Shown here one piece after another: positions 1 through 14,099 of a DNA stretch of 64,000 bases (position 1 is its first letter; each line of letters starts with the position of its first letter). The translations under genes and the position numbers were made by a program. The DNA is taken from assembly GCA_904063045.1 (NCBI GenBank), contig CAJFCJ010000003.1, positions 868,001-932,000 on the forward strand, in the 5' to 3' direction. The notes beneath the pieces are model-generated. The model saw only the letters and a program-made list of their open reading frames with translations. It searched no databases and was not told where the DNA came from. This DNA comes from Dimorphilus gyrociliatus (Eukaryota; Animalia; Annelida).

Positions 1-507
1 TAGTATAAAACAATTAATATTTTATGACCATCATTTTATGCGAGGTCGATTTGTTTACTACTTGCTATTCAACCAATTAAGTATTAAAGAAGATAATGCG
101 CAAAACGAACGAGAAGGAAAATGATGGAGTAGATAGAATAAGAAAATAGGAGATAGTTATTTAAAATCATTAATTGAGCAGGTAGCTTTAGCTAGCTGTA
201 TGGCAACAGGTGAACAAGAACTACAGTTTTAATTGCATTTAATAATACGGGACACACTTTTAAAAACCTTAAAGATTTACTTTTTTTTTGTAAATATCTA
301 GTTCATTTCTTTACTAAAAGAAAAAGAAAAAAAGCATTACGCCCCTCTCCACCTATATATGAAAACTTGGTCCCCTCCCTCTAGTTTTGTACAAATTCTT
401 ACAGAATAAAAGAAACAGTTTTTGTCGCTTCACAAAAAACATGAAAAGTTTATAAAGTTTTTTGTTTTTTACTTTTAGTTTGAATGGATATTAATTATTA
501 ATCTTAC

Positions 508-709
508 CTGCTTTCCCTCTACAATTTCCCAGTGCCGCAACTCTAGCTACTGCAACAGGATCGAACTGTTGATGGTAAAATTGTTGATCATATGCGCAAG
601 AGGGTGTTCTTGCATTGTAACTTTCTTGGTAATAATTAAAATCGTGTAAATAAGATATCATATCCATTTTATTAAGCATACAGGCGCCGTTAGCGCCCTG
701 AGTCATCAT
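508..709 (-). CDS. Probable coding exon of an unidentified gene continuing leftward (MMTQGANGAC...FDPVAVARVAALGNCRGKA)
   Basis: 72-codon ORF with an in-frame stop upstream of the ATG and a strong CAG|GTAAGA donor. Tyr/Gln/Ala-rich like some transcription-factor N-termini, but no family recognised. No downstream exon identified. Confidence 0.5.
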
Positions 710-3700
710 TTTGTCTTTTCCGCAGACAATTCCTCCGTTTTTCGTATGCCTTTTAGCGGCTCAGTCGCAAAAATGAAGGCCAGGCTAAACTGGGGCGGCG
801 CATTCAAATGAGCTTAGGAGCGAGGCGAGGGGTGGTACCTTTATGGATTTCATTTTAGAAAGGGGGTATACGGGGTAGGAAGGGGGGCCAAGATAGGGAA
901 AGGAAAATGAAAAGGAGTTGTAGTGAAAGAGCGAGATAGAAAGAGAGAATTTTTATTTTTCATATTCTATAAACTTACCCCCCTCCCGCCTGGTTCTGTC
1001 AACAAAAATCCATTAAAGTATATATCTATATATATATAGGAGATATATATATATAGTATGTATATTAATACGTTACTTATTTACACTGTTATCTGCCTGA
1101 GAAAATTTACTAACAATAGTAAAAATCAATAATAATTAGCTAATTATAAACTCTTTTTTTTATTATATCGTGTTTCATTTGGAAATTAAATTATTTAATT
1201 TAGCATTTATAGAGAATTCCATATATATCTAGGGGATTATATATAAATATAATAAAGAACAAGATAAAATTGATATCTAATTCGAATAATTAAATCTTTT
1301 TCTAGTCGTTGATGTGTAAAATGTTATATATTAACTAAACAAAAGACAAAACAGAACATATACTATATATAAAACAATAATAACTATTTGAATTTCTATT
1401 CCGTTCAATATAAGGGTTGTCGTATTGGTAAAAGATAGGAATTTGTCGTGTTTTTTAACATCTGTGACATGACAAACAATCGTTCTCTTTTTGTCACGTG
1501 ACTTTCACACTCGTAGCTATTGTCTCTATGATATTAATGTTTAATCATGGCATCTTAACGTTCAGTTTGTAGCAGTAATTAAGTATAATTTACTATCGAT
1601 TTGCGAAATAATGATATTTATGGCTCATCAACTAGAAACTGTATGTTAAAAAAAAATTATGCAAATTATTCATGATGAAAGAAGCGTGCCGCACCCTCAG
1701 TAATGGAAAAGGTCTGTATGAGAAAGTTTAATTAATCATAATGTGGGTAGTCAAATCCCAAAATTCTCACTTAAGGGACTCTTTTTCCTTTAGTATAATC
1801 CATTACTTTAAGCGAATAGGCCTAACAATCTGTTTAGTGCCAAAACCTAGATAATTTTACGAGTAGATTGGGTTGCCTTGGAATGAGGTTAGGTAAAAGT
1901 GTTGAAAGTAAGTTAAAGAATGAAATTAAGCTAGTAGAAGAGCGAAGCTGAATCCATACAAACCGTGAAAGAAAGAAAAGAGATAGATAGATCGATTGGT
2001 AGGTAGGTAGATATATGGATAAATAGATAGAAGGATAAAAATAGGGAGGGGAAGAGAAGGAGAGAAGACAGAAAGAGAGAAAGAGCATATACTTTGTGTA
2101 AAAAATATTAGATATATGGTATAGGTGCGTGCGTATGGGAAAAGGACAAAGAGACATTACGATACCTGTAAAGTAATTAATCATACCTGTAAACTTAATT
2201 CTACTGAATTACGAGGTTCAAGTGGTTAAGGTAATAAACAACTTGAAGATGAATAAAAAAGAATTTGCATAAATTATCCTCTTTAACAAGAAAGAAAAAG
2301 TTAAAATGATGGAAGATAATTGGTGCTATAAATAAATTTTAAGGATCTCTTCCATCTTTCTTTCTCATACTCCTCCTTTTCCCCTCCCCTTTGCCTCTTT
2401 CCAATGTCTCATGGTGATTAACAAAAGTCAATGAACCAAGAGAAGAGATGGAAAGAGAAATAAGGAAATTGGGATGGCAGTTTAAATGAAAAAAAAAGAG
2501 TAAAATGGGTAAATATTTCACATTCATTAATCATTTGTAATAAACCCCCCGCCAGCATCGCCCCTAAACTCAATTTCGGCGTGAAAAAATACGGCGTATA
2601 GCATTTTGCCATAGTAAACGAACTGTGACGTTTCGCCTTCGTGTTTTACACTATAAAGGTCTAAGAATCTTGACACGTTAGGCACGAGAAGAGCTGAAAT
2701 GGACTATGAAAGAAGAAACCAGCAGTGTTCATCCCGCCACTTAACTACACGTGCTTTTTTTAGTAGGCCTTTATAGGTAGTTGGTAAGTGTACAGGAGGG
2801 GGGGCATCTTTTCCCTTAATTCAGTCTGCCACGCCTCTAAACACGCAACGCGGACAAGTTTGTAGAATATTTGGCGATAACCCATCTTCACTTTAGCCCA
2901 ACTTAATGGATTGACTAAACAAGCGAGCTTATCTGCTATTCAACCACAAATCTTATGTTGAAAGCCTCCTATCAAGATTTGCTAGTTAATGAATATGCAA
3001 ATATTGCGGTTGTCTGAATAAATATTTTTTACGTAGAAACTTTATCAAAGCTGTAATACTTATACAAAAATATCATTTGCATGGAAACGATTCAATGGTA
3101 AATGTATTATCATATTCTAGACAGAAAATACCAATTTTCCCTTCGGGAAACATTCTCTCCGGAAACTCGTTGAGTGATGTAGCCTCCCAAGCAGTAACGA
3201 CACGACCCGAACGCTTAAATTAGCTGCCATGACACCTCGCGGTAATTTTTCTAAAATAGTCGCTTGTCACAGTTTAGACAAACAAGTACCTTTTCATTCA
3301 GTTCCACCTGCGACTTTCATGATTTTATGTTTGCGAGATAGCCGATACTTAGGGGAAGTTAAAGAGGAAATTATGTATATGCATTCAATTACATGTAGCT
3401 TCGTGTATTGTATATATTACAGTCAATTCTTAGTGATTTATGGAAGCTCAGATAAGAGGAATCGCTACTTTGGCTTCAAATAAATTATACTCTCCAAAAA
3501 CCCCCCGTCGTAATCTACTAAAAAACTCGATTTCTTCCTCCCTCCCACTCCAGTCTCTCTCCCCCTTCCCCTTTCTAAACAAATATGTCGATGACGATAT
3601 TCAGATATAACGCAAAAGTTAATTAAACGATTTTTGTAATTGTATTAAAATTGTATACATTTTCGAAATGACGTCGGTTTTAAGCGATTAAACAATTAGA

Positions 3701-5738
3701 ATATTTATAGACTTATCGGTTTAGTTACATGTGCGAATTTTAGAGATAGTTTGTCGCCTACTAGGCGTTAGATCGAGCAGCAAAACTCGGTGAAAAAGCG
3801 CGGTAAAATAATGTAATTTTGCAGTTCAGTGAACTACAACTAACGTGGCTAGTCTGCGTTCTGCAACGAGCGAGAAGAGAATGCTTCTGTTCCCCTAATT
3901 ATCCGATCATCGTTTGAGTTTGTCGTGAGCAGATTCGCTAATGTTCCTTCTGTTCATCAATTTTTTCCGTTTTGTTTATAAACAAAATACAAATTTGTTG
4001 CAAACAAATAAACTCTCATATCTGAAAGAGTACTTTCAACTTTAAAAGAAACTTTTGTTCTCTTTGCTTGTTTATCCTAAATTTTCTGTCACGTGACCGA
4101 ATCCTACTTACCCCATTAAAGAGTCTAGTTTAGAAGTTTTAAAGAAGATATATTGAGTTTTTTCGCTTGGTTTGTATCTTAAAAAGTAGTGTGCATTGGG
4201 GCGAAGGCAAAGGTTTCAACATTTCTATATAGTCATTAGTCGATAATGTTATGTCTATTCTTTTTTAAATGGTTGAAATTTTAAAATTTAGGGTAATTAT
4301 TCATTTACTTTCCAATATTTCAATAGAAATAAGAAATTTACTGATGTAAACTACATATGGCCTCTTTTTTCAGCCAACTTTTACGAATAATTACATCCTA
4401 AATACTCCAATTGTTCAAGTCTTTGTACTCTTTTCCTTTCCTATTTATCACTATTATTATTATTATTTACCTATTTTGTTATTTTACTTTCAATATAGTT
4501 AAACGTAAAAAAGAAATAATATAAACTAAAGCTTGACAATCGACAAACTGTTATTAAATATGACCTTTGAAAGCATTGTCCATTTTACGCCGTTTCGAGG
4601 GCATTTGCATGCTGAGAAAGCTTTATCAAATCTATACTTTTAATTCTATAGCTATATTTTTGCTGTATTTCCATTTTTAGCTAGCTATCTTTTTGTTTAA
4701 TACTTATATTTATACAATTGTACCAGTCTTTTCTAATGAAAACAAGGAAACTATACAAAACAACAACTGAAACAAAACTTGATTGAACGTTTAAAATGAC
4801 AAGTGACAAACAGTTAAGCTCGACCTTTCCTTGTTCATGTTTAATTAATGTTCATGTTTGCTACATATTTTGTTTCGTATTCACCTAAAAGAAATAGAGA
4901 GTAATCAATCTTTTGTCGAATATTTGTTACAAATACAGATATTTTAACTAATTTATAACAAATATAACAGCGCCAAACAATTATTAATTTTGACCTTTAT
5001 ATTGCGAAACATATTAAAGTATAAATAAGAACAATACAGTATATTATATTTAGATATCTTTTACGACCGTTAAACTTGCTGTTAAATTTCATCCTATAAA
5101 TAATTTAATTAAAAAAGTTAAATTGAATAAAAAACAACAATCATTCTATATTAATTCATTTTTTATATGTCATAGTGTCATTCATTTCCCTCTTTCTTTC
5201 TCTTCCTTTCTCTCTCTGTCTCTTTTTCTCTTTTCTCTTTCTTTCTTTCATTAATTTTTTTATACATAAAAAAAGACGTTGTTATTAAAAAATTCATAAA
5301 TGTTTCTTAATAAAAAAAGGTTATGAATTTTTTAATTGTTTTTTATTTTTTAGTTTTTATAACAAATACATTTTTTTAAAGCTGTCTGCAGTTATGTTTA
5401 AACAGTTGCAGAAATGTATCTGTCTCTCTGTATAGACAGCTAAATACATCTAAATACATATATATATATATATATATATGTATACAAATATGTACTATAT
5501 GCAGTATATATATTATATGCTGTATGCATCTAATTATTTATATTACTATATTTTTTAAGCTATATTGATAGATACGGTATACATGCATTATTAACATTGT
5601 GAAGAGGGGGGATAAGAGCTTTTTTTTTGTTAAATGTTCTTCTGGAAGAGAAATTATTAAATTATAAAGAAAAATTGTTATTTTTACTTTTTATGCCCCG
5701 TGCTCTGAAATATTTTATTTAATGTCTGGTGGATTTAT

Positions 5739-5779
<41 letters not shown>

Positions 5780-6259
5780 TCTCTCTTCATCTTCTCTCTC
5801 ACCTCTCTTCCTCTTTATGAATAACGATGACCCTTCTCTTTTTTATTTTTTTACAAATTACGTAAAGTGTCATATGTAACCTTTAACCTTAATTTTGGAC
5901 AAAAGGGGAAGAGGGTCAGAAAATTTTTTTACGATTTTATAGAAATTCAAATGAGGTGATGTATTTATTTTGGTGTAATTTCCTTTGTTTAAATCTATCT
6001 ATAACAGTCACAATGGTATATTTATTATTGTCAAAATTGTATTTTATTAGGTATTTAGTTAAGGTAGATGCTATTTAAGAATAAATGTATAACCATGGCA
6101 CACTTCTCTACTCAATTAACGTAATTAAGTGAACACTTTAAGTAGACTTAATTGACTTAGATTTTACCTAACACTTTCTACTTGAGAGATAAAGTTACAT
6201 AATTGCGACAAGCTAATAGCAAGTGTACCAAACGAAAACCCTTTCCTTTTCCAACTCAC

Positions 6260-6323
6260 TAGGTGTCGGCACAAGTTTTATCACGCCATCTGCTGTATTT
6301 ATAACACCTCAGTCGGCCAATGA
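6260..6323 (-). promoter_or_regulatory. Possible minus-strand core promoter and short non-coding first exon
   Basis: On the minus strand, ATTGG (CCAAT, ~6317-6321) precedes TTATAAATA (6296-6304), followed by a GTGAGT donor near 6260. The CCAAT-TATA spacing is atypically short. Confidence 0.25.
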
Positions 6324-7103
6324 CAAAAGCGTTACGATACAATCAATACAATATGAAAGTAGATCACTTTGACCTGAATGGAAAAGAGGTTAACATTTTT
6401 TTTCAAATAGAGAAAACTTTTTTGATCTCTTATCTCAAGAGTGAAGAAAAGCGATATAAATATATATATATATATATATATTATACTTGTATAATATGCA
6501 AATTAGGTAAACCTGCTCAGTAAAAGTTTCTTAAATTAATTAACTGTGTTTGATTTCATTAGTGATTTCAAGTATTAATGGTTCGTACTTTGGTTAATAA
6601 GAATACTCTTAAACGACTCTTCACACATTACCATTGTTATACGAATGATAAGCTCTAAGATGGACGAACAAACGAGATTTTCTCCATCATTTTAGATGCA
6701 AAAAAAAAATTACTATATGAAATTAAAACTGTGCAAAAGATTAAAAAAATTGAGAAAAAATTCCTGAAGATCCTACATACATAGCCAAAAGGGACATTAT
6801 AAAAGCGCCATGCTGGCACCATTATGCGTGACGTGACAGGCCAACCGTGGCACACCTGTGTATGTAATACAATGGCAACTTCAACGCGCCTACATTTAAT
6901 ATTTATACCGATTTACATAAAGACAAAAATTAACAGAAAGACGGAGAAAATGAAACATCCAAATTGAATTTCTCTTTTAAAAATATGGCTAACCGGTAAA
7001 AAAAGAAACTTTTTTAGGGAATATCTTTAGCATGAAGGCATTCCACGAATATCCTCTTTTTTGGGTTGGGACAGAGAAGTGAATAAGTGAGAAAAAATCC
7101 TAC

Positions 7104-7329
7104 CTTTACCGCATTTATCACCTTCTTGCGACTTCCTCTTTAAGCCTTTATCGTTGCTCCTGTCATCATCATCATCTGAGTTTGCTAGTACACACATTAC
7201 ACTCCCATCTTGACCGGCTAACATAGTTAAATTTGCAGAAAGTCTACCATCGTTGCCAGACGAAGCTATAACAACCTGTTTCTCTACGTCTTCTAGTAGG
7301 AAAGTTGCTAATTTCGGATCACTACTCAT
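7104..7329 (-). CDS. Probable first coding exon of an unidentified protein (acidic run DDDDD, basic KRK patch)
   Basis: 100-codon ORF in AT-rich DNA with protein-like composition. Candidate donors G|GTAAAG and AAG|GTAGGA lie after ...GDKCGK, and CCAAT and GC-rich elements lie upstream (7440-7625). Downstream exons could not be assigned. Confidence 0.5.
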
Positions 7330-9424
7330 CTTTCCAATATTATTTACAAAATTTTTAAAAAATTATATCTAATTTTCGTACGGATTAGGCCTATATCCTC
7401 TGTTTTTGTCCGTGCCTATTCAAGCAAATCACAGAGTTGAGTATTGGTGTTCAAACAATCTGCCAAGTGGAACGAGCCAATACTAGACCAGTCTATTCTG
7501 CCCAACTCCTTTAAGACGAAAAGGGGTGGCAGTATTGAAATTGCCTCAGCCGCCTTTTTCTTACACGACTATCTACTTTCGTTGACTGTTATTTTTTTTC
7601 TTTGATTTTCTTAAAGGCGGGCGTGTAAGTGTCTGGAGTAAATTTAAATAACTTTCTTAAGGCCAAGAATTTCCTCTTTTCTATAGTTCTAATATCTTCG
7701 CTTATTTTAATGCATATAATTGAAAAGCGATAGATAGAGACTATTTCAATCCTATTCAACCTTATTTAACCTCTGTCGGATTCTTTGAAAAAATGACGTC
7801 ATTGTTTAATTTTCGATCGAATTAGTCGCGATTTAATTAATTGAGTAGGCAATTTGTTTTCAATAGAACAGTCTCATTAGAATGTCAAATTTAAATTAAG
7901 AGTAAGAAGCAAGTATTATATACTTTTAATATTCTACTTTTAAATTGGACGATAAAAAGACTAAGCCTATATCTATTTTAAAGAAAAGAGACGCTTGCCA
8001 GGTGTTTTTTTAATTCTTTTTTTTTTATAAGCGTTTATTAAATAGTAATAATATCATATTAAAATAAACTTTATTTTGAATAATTTCTTAAACAGGAAAT
8101 GATCTTATTAAACTTTTCGTTGACACTTGCAAGGATAATAAAAGGAGACGTTTATTAAATGACGGATTAGACGTTACATAGTTACTAACTATAATCTTAT
8201 TTGTATAGTATAGTTAAACTTTGTAAGTTATTTCTAATATCTCTATTATTATAGTTCTTAGAGTTTTCAATAGCCTTTTTTGGTCTTTTAAATAGAGACT
8301 ATAAGAAGGCTAATCGATTACTTTTTATCCCGTATTCTTTATTGATCCCATAAGTTTAAGATAGGAAGATTAATGAGTTGGATATTTTTGATCTCATTTA
8401 ATCATTCTATTCCTTTTTTCTTTCTAGCTTCTATATTATTGTTTTTTTTTAAATACATTTCAATCAGATATAAAATATGTTTATAGAATAAAAAAAATAG
8501 GCGTCTAATCTACAAGAAAAACCTATTGTCGTCTTTTGGCTAGATCCTTATAATCTAAGAAGAAATAATGACAATCTATAGCCTTTCAAGACTGCTTGAA
8601 CTATTTAATTCACGCTAGTTTTCCTCTTTGGAATTCTACCTCCTACAGTTTTCTAATGATTATCGTTGAAATAGAGGAGAATAACAATCTCAAATACTTT
8701 TTAAAATTATATCATAAATCATTCAATTCGCTATATTTTCCTTTTTTATTATTTTTTAATTCAAGTAACACTTTTTTTTGGCGTTAACATCCGTTAAAAA
8801 GTAGAAAACTAATTGCTTTTTAAAATTAATTCTTTCTCAATTCTTTTTTTCTTTTTATAGTCTTTAGGTAAAAGGTAAAAAATGAGTAAACTAGGCTTAA
8901 AAATAGTAAAAATACAAGTTTTACCATTAAAAGTTAATTGAATATTAATTTAAAAAAAAAAGTAAAATGGAACGGAGAGGGTCGTTTGATAGAAAAAAAA
9001 AACTATTTGTCATTTATTTTCTTGTCTTTTTAAAAAAAAATACCCTGGATTGAACGTGTTCGAACATTCTTACTACTTGTTTTTATAACAAACATTACAC
9101 TTGTTCAAGTAAATTTATTTAAAATGTAAAAATAAATGAAAAATTAAGGGTGAAAAATCTTTGTATTTTTAAATTTAGAATAATTAATTCATAGAGAATA
9201 TTGAAGAGAATAAAGAAGCACCGAAAGAGATAGACATTTAGATAGTCAATCTAAATGATACGTAGATAGTTATTTTAATCCTAACAGAGAAAATACAATA
9301 TATATAATCAAAATAATACATATTTATATTTATTTATACAATAATCTTGAATAAATGAACTATTATTTGCATAAAAGTCTCCTCTCTTTTGAAATAACTC
9401 GTAATTGTTATTTTTACAATTTAA

Positions 9425-9462
<38 letters not shown>

Positions 9463-11360
9463 TATTCTCTCAGATATTTTCTTAAATGATACAAGTCAGA
9501 GTTTAGAATTGTAATTACTCCAAAACACTTCTGTAATGGAATTCCTTTTTATAAAATTGTTCAAAAAAAAGTAGGTTCCTATTGCTAATTGCATCACTAA
9601 TCCCTCTCTTTGATAGACCGCTGTTGTATCTTTTCCTACTTTCACCGTTTTCTTTACAATTACCAGAGGTGAAGAGGTGGCTGGAGTAAAGAGAAACGGG
9701 AAAAAATTTTTGTAACAAAGCTTTCAACTAACTTTTTGTAAATATTCTTTTGCTTGGACATTCTTTTTTCTCTGTCTTGGTCTTTGGGATAAAAGAAAAA
9801 AGACTGTTAACTTGTTCAATATTGATCAAGGAAACGACCCTATTTACTTTCTGTCATTAAATCTCTAAATATTGAATTTTGCCATCAAGTTAAAAAATAA
9901 TCGAATAAAGAGAATTTACGCTTAATTCTATGTCGATAGAATATAAATCGATATTCTCGTATATTGTAGCTTGTTCATGTGTTTAATATCTAGGTTAATT
10001 AACTAATATTTTGGTGTTAAATGGTAAAATCATCTGTATAAACTTTAGCGTACAGAATATTAATAGAGTGTATACGCTATCAATAGATACAGAAATATAT
10101 TCATGACCTATTTCTTTATTCCATGTTTTTTTCAATTAATTTATTTGAATATTTCAATTTCTAATAAAATGTATTCATAACAATCGAATGAAAATAATTA
10201 AAGGCAAGAAGAAAATTCTAATTCACAACTAATCGTGCAGATGGCGTTGCCATACTGATAAAATTTTCAATTTCAACCAGAGTCTATTGATTGATAATTT
10301 ACAAGATAAAGACTGTATATAACAAATAACTTAATATTTGAACAACAAAGTTAGTAGTATTAATTATTAGAAATTCGTAATTGATACAGTGCTGTTTTTC
10401 TTCACCTTTATTTACTTAAGAAATTCGAAAATATTTGTAATATTTATAGATAAAATTCTTGAAAAGTTTATGTGAAAAGAACATTTTTATAACTTGACAT
10501 TAGGTGTTTCTAGAATATAATAGAAATTGATTTATCATTGTTGGAACCAATTTGACCTATATATCACCTTTTTCGTATTTTTTGACCAATATATTATTAT
10601 CTTAAGTTATAAATTACCAATAAAGAATTTTTTTAAAAATATTCCAGTATTAAAATTGCTATAGAATGAAAATACTTTTAAAAAAAGGGCCTTCGTTGTC
10701 ATTCTTTTATTTGATAGAATATATATACAGTATATATATATATATATATATATATACTGTATATATATATAAAGAGGCTAGTTTGTACAAGGATAAAAGG
10801 AAGAATTATCTTACGTAATCTCTCAAACATACTATAAATATAACTATCTACTTGTTCTATATTTACCTCTCTTTATTAGAGATTTATTAATAAAATACTG
10901 TTATGGTATATCTATATTAGTATAGAAAGTGAAGGAACTGTTGACAAACTTGTTTTAACTTGGTCAAGTTGAGGGAAAATTCACTTTATATTGAGAGATA
11001 AAGTTAGAAACCCTGATAAACACAGACAATAATATATATGTACACGTACACTTGGAGAGAAATGAAGAAAAATGAGAATTATCTTATTGAAAAAAAAGGC
11101 TAAATAAAATAGTTTGCATTAAAGAGTCGTGACTAACTGACTCATGGGAGAAGAATGGAGAAATAGTAATTCTTCCACCTTTTATATTTAATATAACTAT
11201 TTGAATGAATATTAAAAAAATAATATTTTCGTATCGATCTTCCTTCTAGGCCATATATGCAGTATCGCGAGGCGTGACGTTCCACTCGATTGAATATGAC
11301 TAGAGGGCGTAAGGCGTATTGAAATTACCTACACTAAACAGTAAAACACCAAGCCGAAAC

Positions 11361-13887
11361 ATGGTCAAGAAGAAGGCTGCAGCGAAAAATGCTGTTCCAC
11401 TACCTCCTGTTGTTAATCAACAACCTATTATCGCTTCAAATACGCTTCCTATGGGCTTTGTACCCGTGCCTGCTCCACCAACTGAAGCATCGGAAGCTAA
11501 TATCGACTTGGGCGATGAGCATCTGCACGTAGCCAGAGCTGATGTGTTAAACGGACATGCCACACCCATTTATGCCGTACCCCAACCTATAATATTACCG
11601 CCTGGAGGAACTGTCAAATCAACTGCTGCTTCTGAACACATTCTGGCGAGACCTTCAGTTCCAGTTCAACCGACTCCCCCCGCTCATTCGGTAGTAGGAG
11701 TTCCAACGAATATTCAAATAGGAAAGCACCATCCTTTGGCTAAATGTCGAGTTCTCTATTTGGGTTCGGCTGTACCTTTAGAGACAACTAATGGACTAGA
11801 GGCTGTTCAGCAACCTCTAAGGGAAAGGTTAGTATCATCTCTTAATTATCATTTCTTATTTCTTTATTGTGAAATATAAGTGGTGACAGTCTCAGAGTTT
11901 TACAACATTCAATTAAAAGCTAGCTATTGGAAAAAAGGGAATTTACGAGTATTCTATATATATCTATATCTATATATATATACTGTATATATATATATAT
12001 ATAAACCAACCGAAATGAAGTCTATTATTAAAGACTAGATCGTAAAGGAAAGACATGAAATTATCAAAATTTTCTTTTATTCAATGACTAATGATTTAAG
12101 GCAGGGCTTCAAATATTTCCTATCTGAGACATCACAGTAACACTCTTCTTACTACGTCTTTCGATTCCTCGTAGATAGGTCTAAACATTTTAAAGATCGA
12201 ATTCAATGGCTTCCAGAATAGTTGAATGAACTTTAAAAGAAATTAAATCTTTACTATAGGTTTTAAATTATTGATTATAACTTCATTTACTTGTTGTTTC
12301 TATTATATTTTTAATATCTTTGTATGCAGATATCCTGTTGGTGAAGGTGAAATGAAGGGAATTGATACTTGGCTTACAGTATTTTCCAGTGGATTACTAA
12401 TGCAATTTGTCGAAGATAAATCAAATATTACATGGTTTCCGATCCCAACTCTACATGTATGTGCAGCTGTTAAGGCTGTTATAGTAGTTAATGGAGCGAC
12501 AGGAGAAAAACAAGCTAAATTTGTTTCTCTCGATTCGCAAGGTGTCAACACCGGACATCCACCTGTCTTTGCATCAATTATGAGAAGAATGAAGGGCATA
12601 AAAGTTTTAGAATGCCACGGTTTTATCACAAAATCCGATCAAGCAGCAATGTCTCTTGTTCAAGCGTGTACTCATGCTTATAGCCATAAAGAAGGCTGGA
12701 CAACTGAGCTACCTCCTTTAGATCTTATGATGAGACTAGATAACAATGGACCAGTTTCACCCAGATTTAATACAACCAGACTAATTAAGGCTGACGAGAT
12801 TGATAGCCGAAAGGAAAATCCTGAATTTTACGAACAACCACCAGAACATGGTTATTTCTATGCTAATGGTGATAAACTCATACGAAATTTCAATATATAC
12901 AATGGAGGAAAACCAACATATGATGACGACGACGATAACAGACATCGAAGACAGAGAAGTGTTTCACCAGTGAAACAGCGACATCACAATTATGATCCAA
13001 GATTTGTCAGTCCACCTCCAAGGTATACTTCTAAACCTAGGGAGGAATATCCCGAAGACCGGAGGAGACGTAGACATGCTCGGGATGACGGAAGAAGAGA
13101 TAATCGAAGAAGGAGAGATAAGTCAAGAGATGAATTGGAGCATGGAAGAAGTCATTCGAGAAATGCTCATTATAGAGACGATAGAGATCACAGAGATGAT
13201 AGAGATGATCGAACGGAGAATAGACGACGCAGAAATCATTCGAGAGACAGGCTCGATGATGTGTCTCCAGATAGGCAAGTGGAGAATACAACACGAAGGG
13301 AGCGAGAATACCCAAAAGAGCGAGATAATAGGAGATACCCCGATGAGAATAGGGATCGAAGAAGAATGGAATACTCTAGAGATCCTCCGGAAGACAAAAG
13401 AGGAAGGAACCAAAGGCAATTTGGAAATAATCGCTCTGATTCAAGAGAACGAAGACATCGTTCAAGAGATAGATTAGAAGATGAGAGAAATAGGTTTCAG
13501 AATATGACGGTTGATGATGGAAGACAAGCCGACCTTTATCAGTCTAGAGACAGAAGGAGAATACCGCCAAATAGACAGCAGGATAATGAAGTGGAAGATT
13601 ACTTGAATGAAGACTTAAATAGAAATGATAGAAGAAGGGAGGACGAGGATTATTATAACGTGGAAAATCAAAAGCGTCAAGAAGATGAAGACTATCTTTC
13701 ACCAACTAAAAGACAAGAGAAACATTTTGAAGCACCACGTCCTCCAACTCCTCCAGACAATGATATATTTCCAAAAGAAGACTATGACGATATTATAGAA
13801 CCAGCAATTCCACTAGCTGAGAGTGCAGATCAAGGTAGAACATTCGGGGATTTGGATTTGGAGACAACTCTTGGATATTTACCATAA
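11361..13887 (+). CDS. PTB/PID (phosphotyrosine-interaction) domain protein with Pro-rich N-terminus and long Arg/Asp/Glu-rich C-terminal tail; exons 11361-11827 and 12330-13887
   Basis: The splice AG|GTTAGT ... TGCAG|A joins ...QQPLRE-R-YPVGE in frame. CRVLYLGSAVP...FASIMRR...ECHGF...AAMSLVQACTHAY matches the PTB/PID signature (V.YLGS..V; ECH.F). Confidence 0.85.
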
Positions 13888-14067
13888 AATCCAGAGCATA
13901 TCAATCTCTTTAACTTAATATTTAAGATCATTTTTCAAGAAAATCAAAAGGAAAACATGTAAAAAAAAGGATATTTCTTTCTTTTCTTTTTTTATAAAAT
14001 AATTATCAATCATTCTTAATTAACAAATTATTCATTCAGTATATTAGTAATATATTAGTAATATATA

Positions 14068-14099
<32 letters not shown>

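Noticed and set aside
1834-2184. 116-aa hydrophobic minus-strand ORF
   Set aside because: Derived from the purine-rich plus-strand GATA/GA low-complexity tract; no domain or splice support.
6260-6373. In-frame TGA within an AG/GT-bounded minus-strand segment (possible selenocysteine)
   Set aside because: No selenoprotein motif or SECIS is recognisable, and the segment fits a promoter or UTR exon better.
9515-9727. 70-aa minus-strand ORF
   Set aside because: It starts at TTG and shows no homology cues; it may be UTR or non-coding.
12303-13477. Overlapping ORFs (12303-12629, 12992-13477, 13037-13315, 13123-13419)
   Set aside because: Frame shadows of the PTB exon and its purine-rich low-complexity tail.
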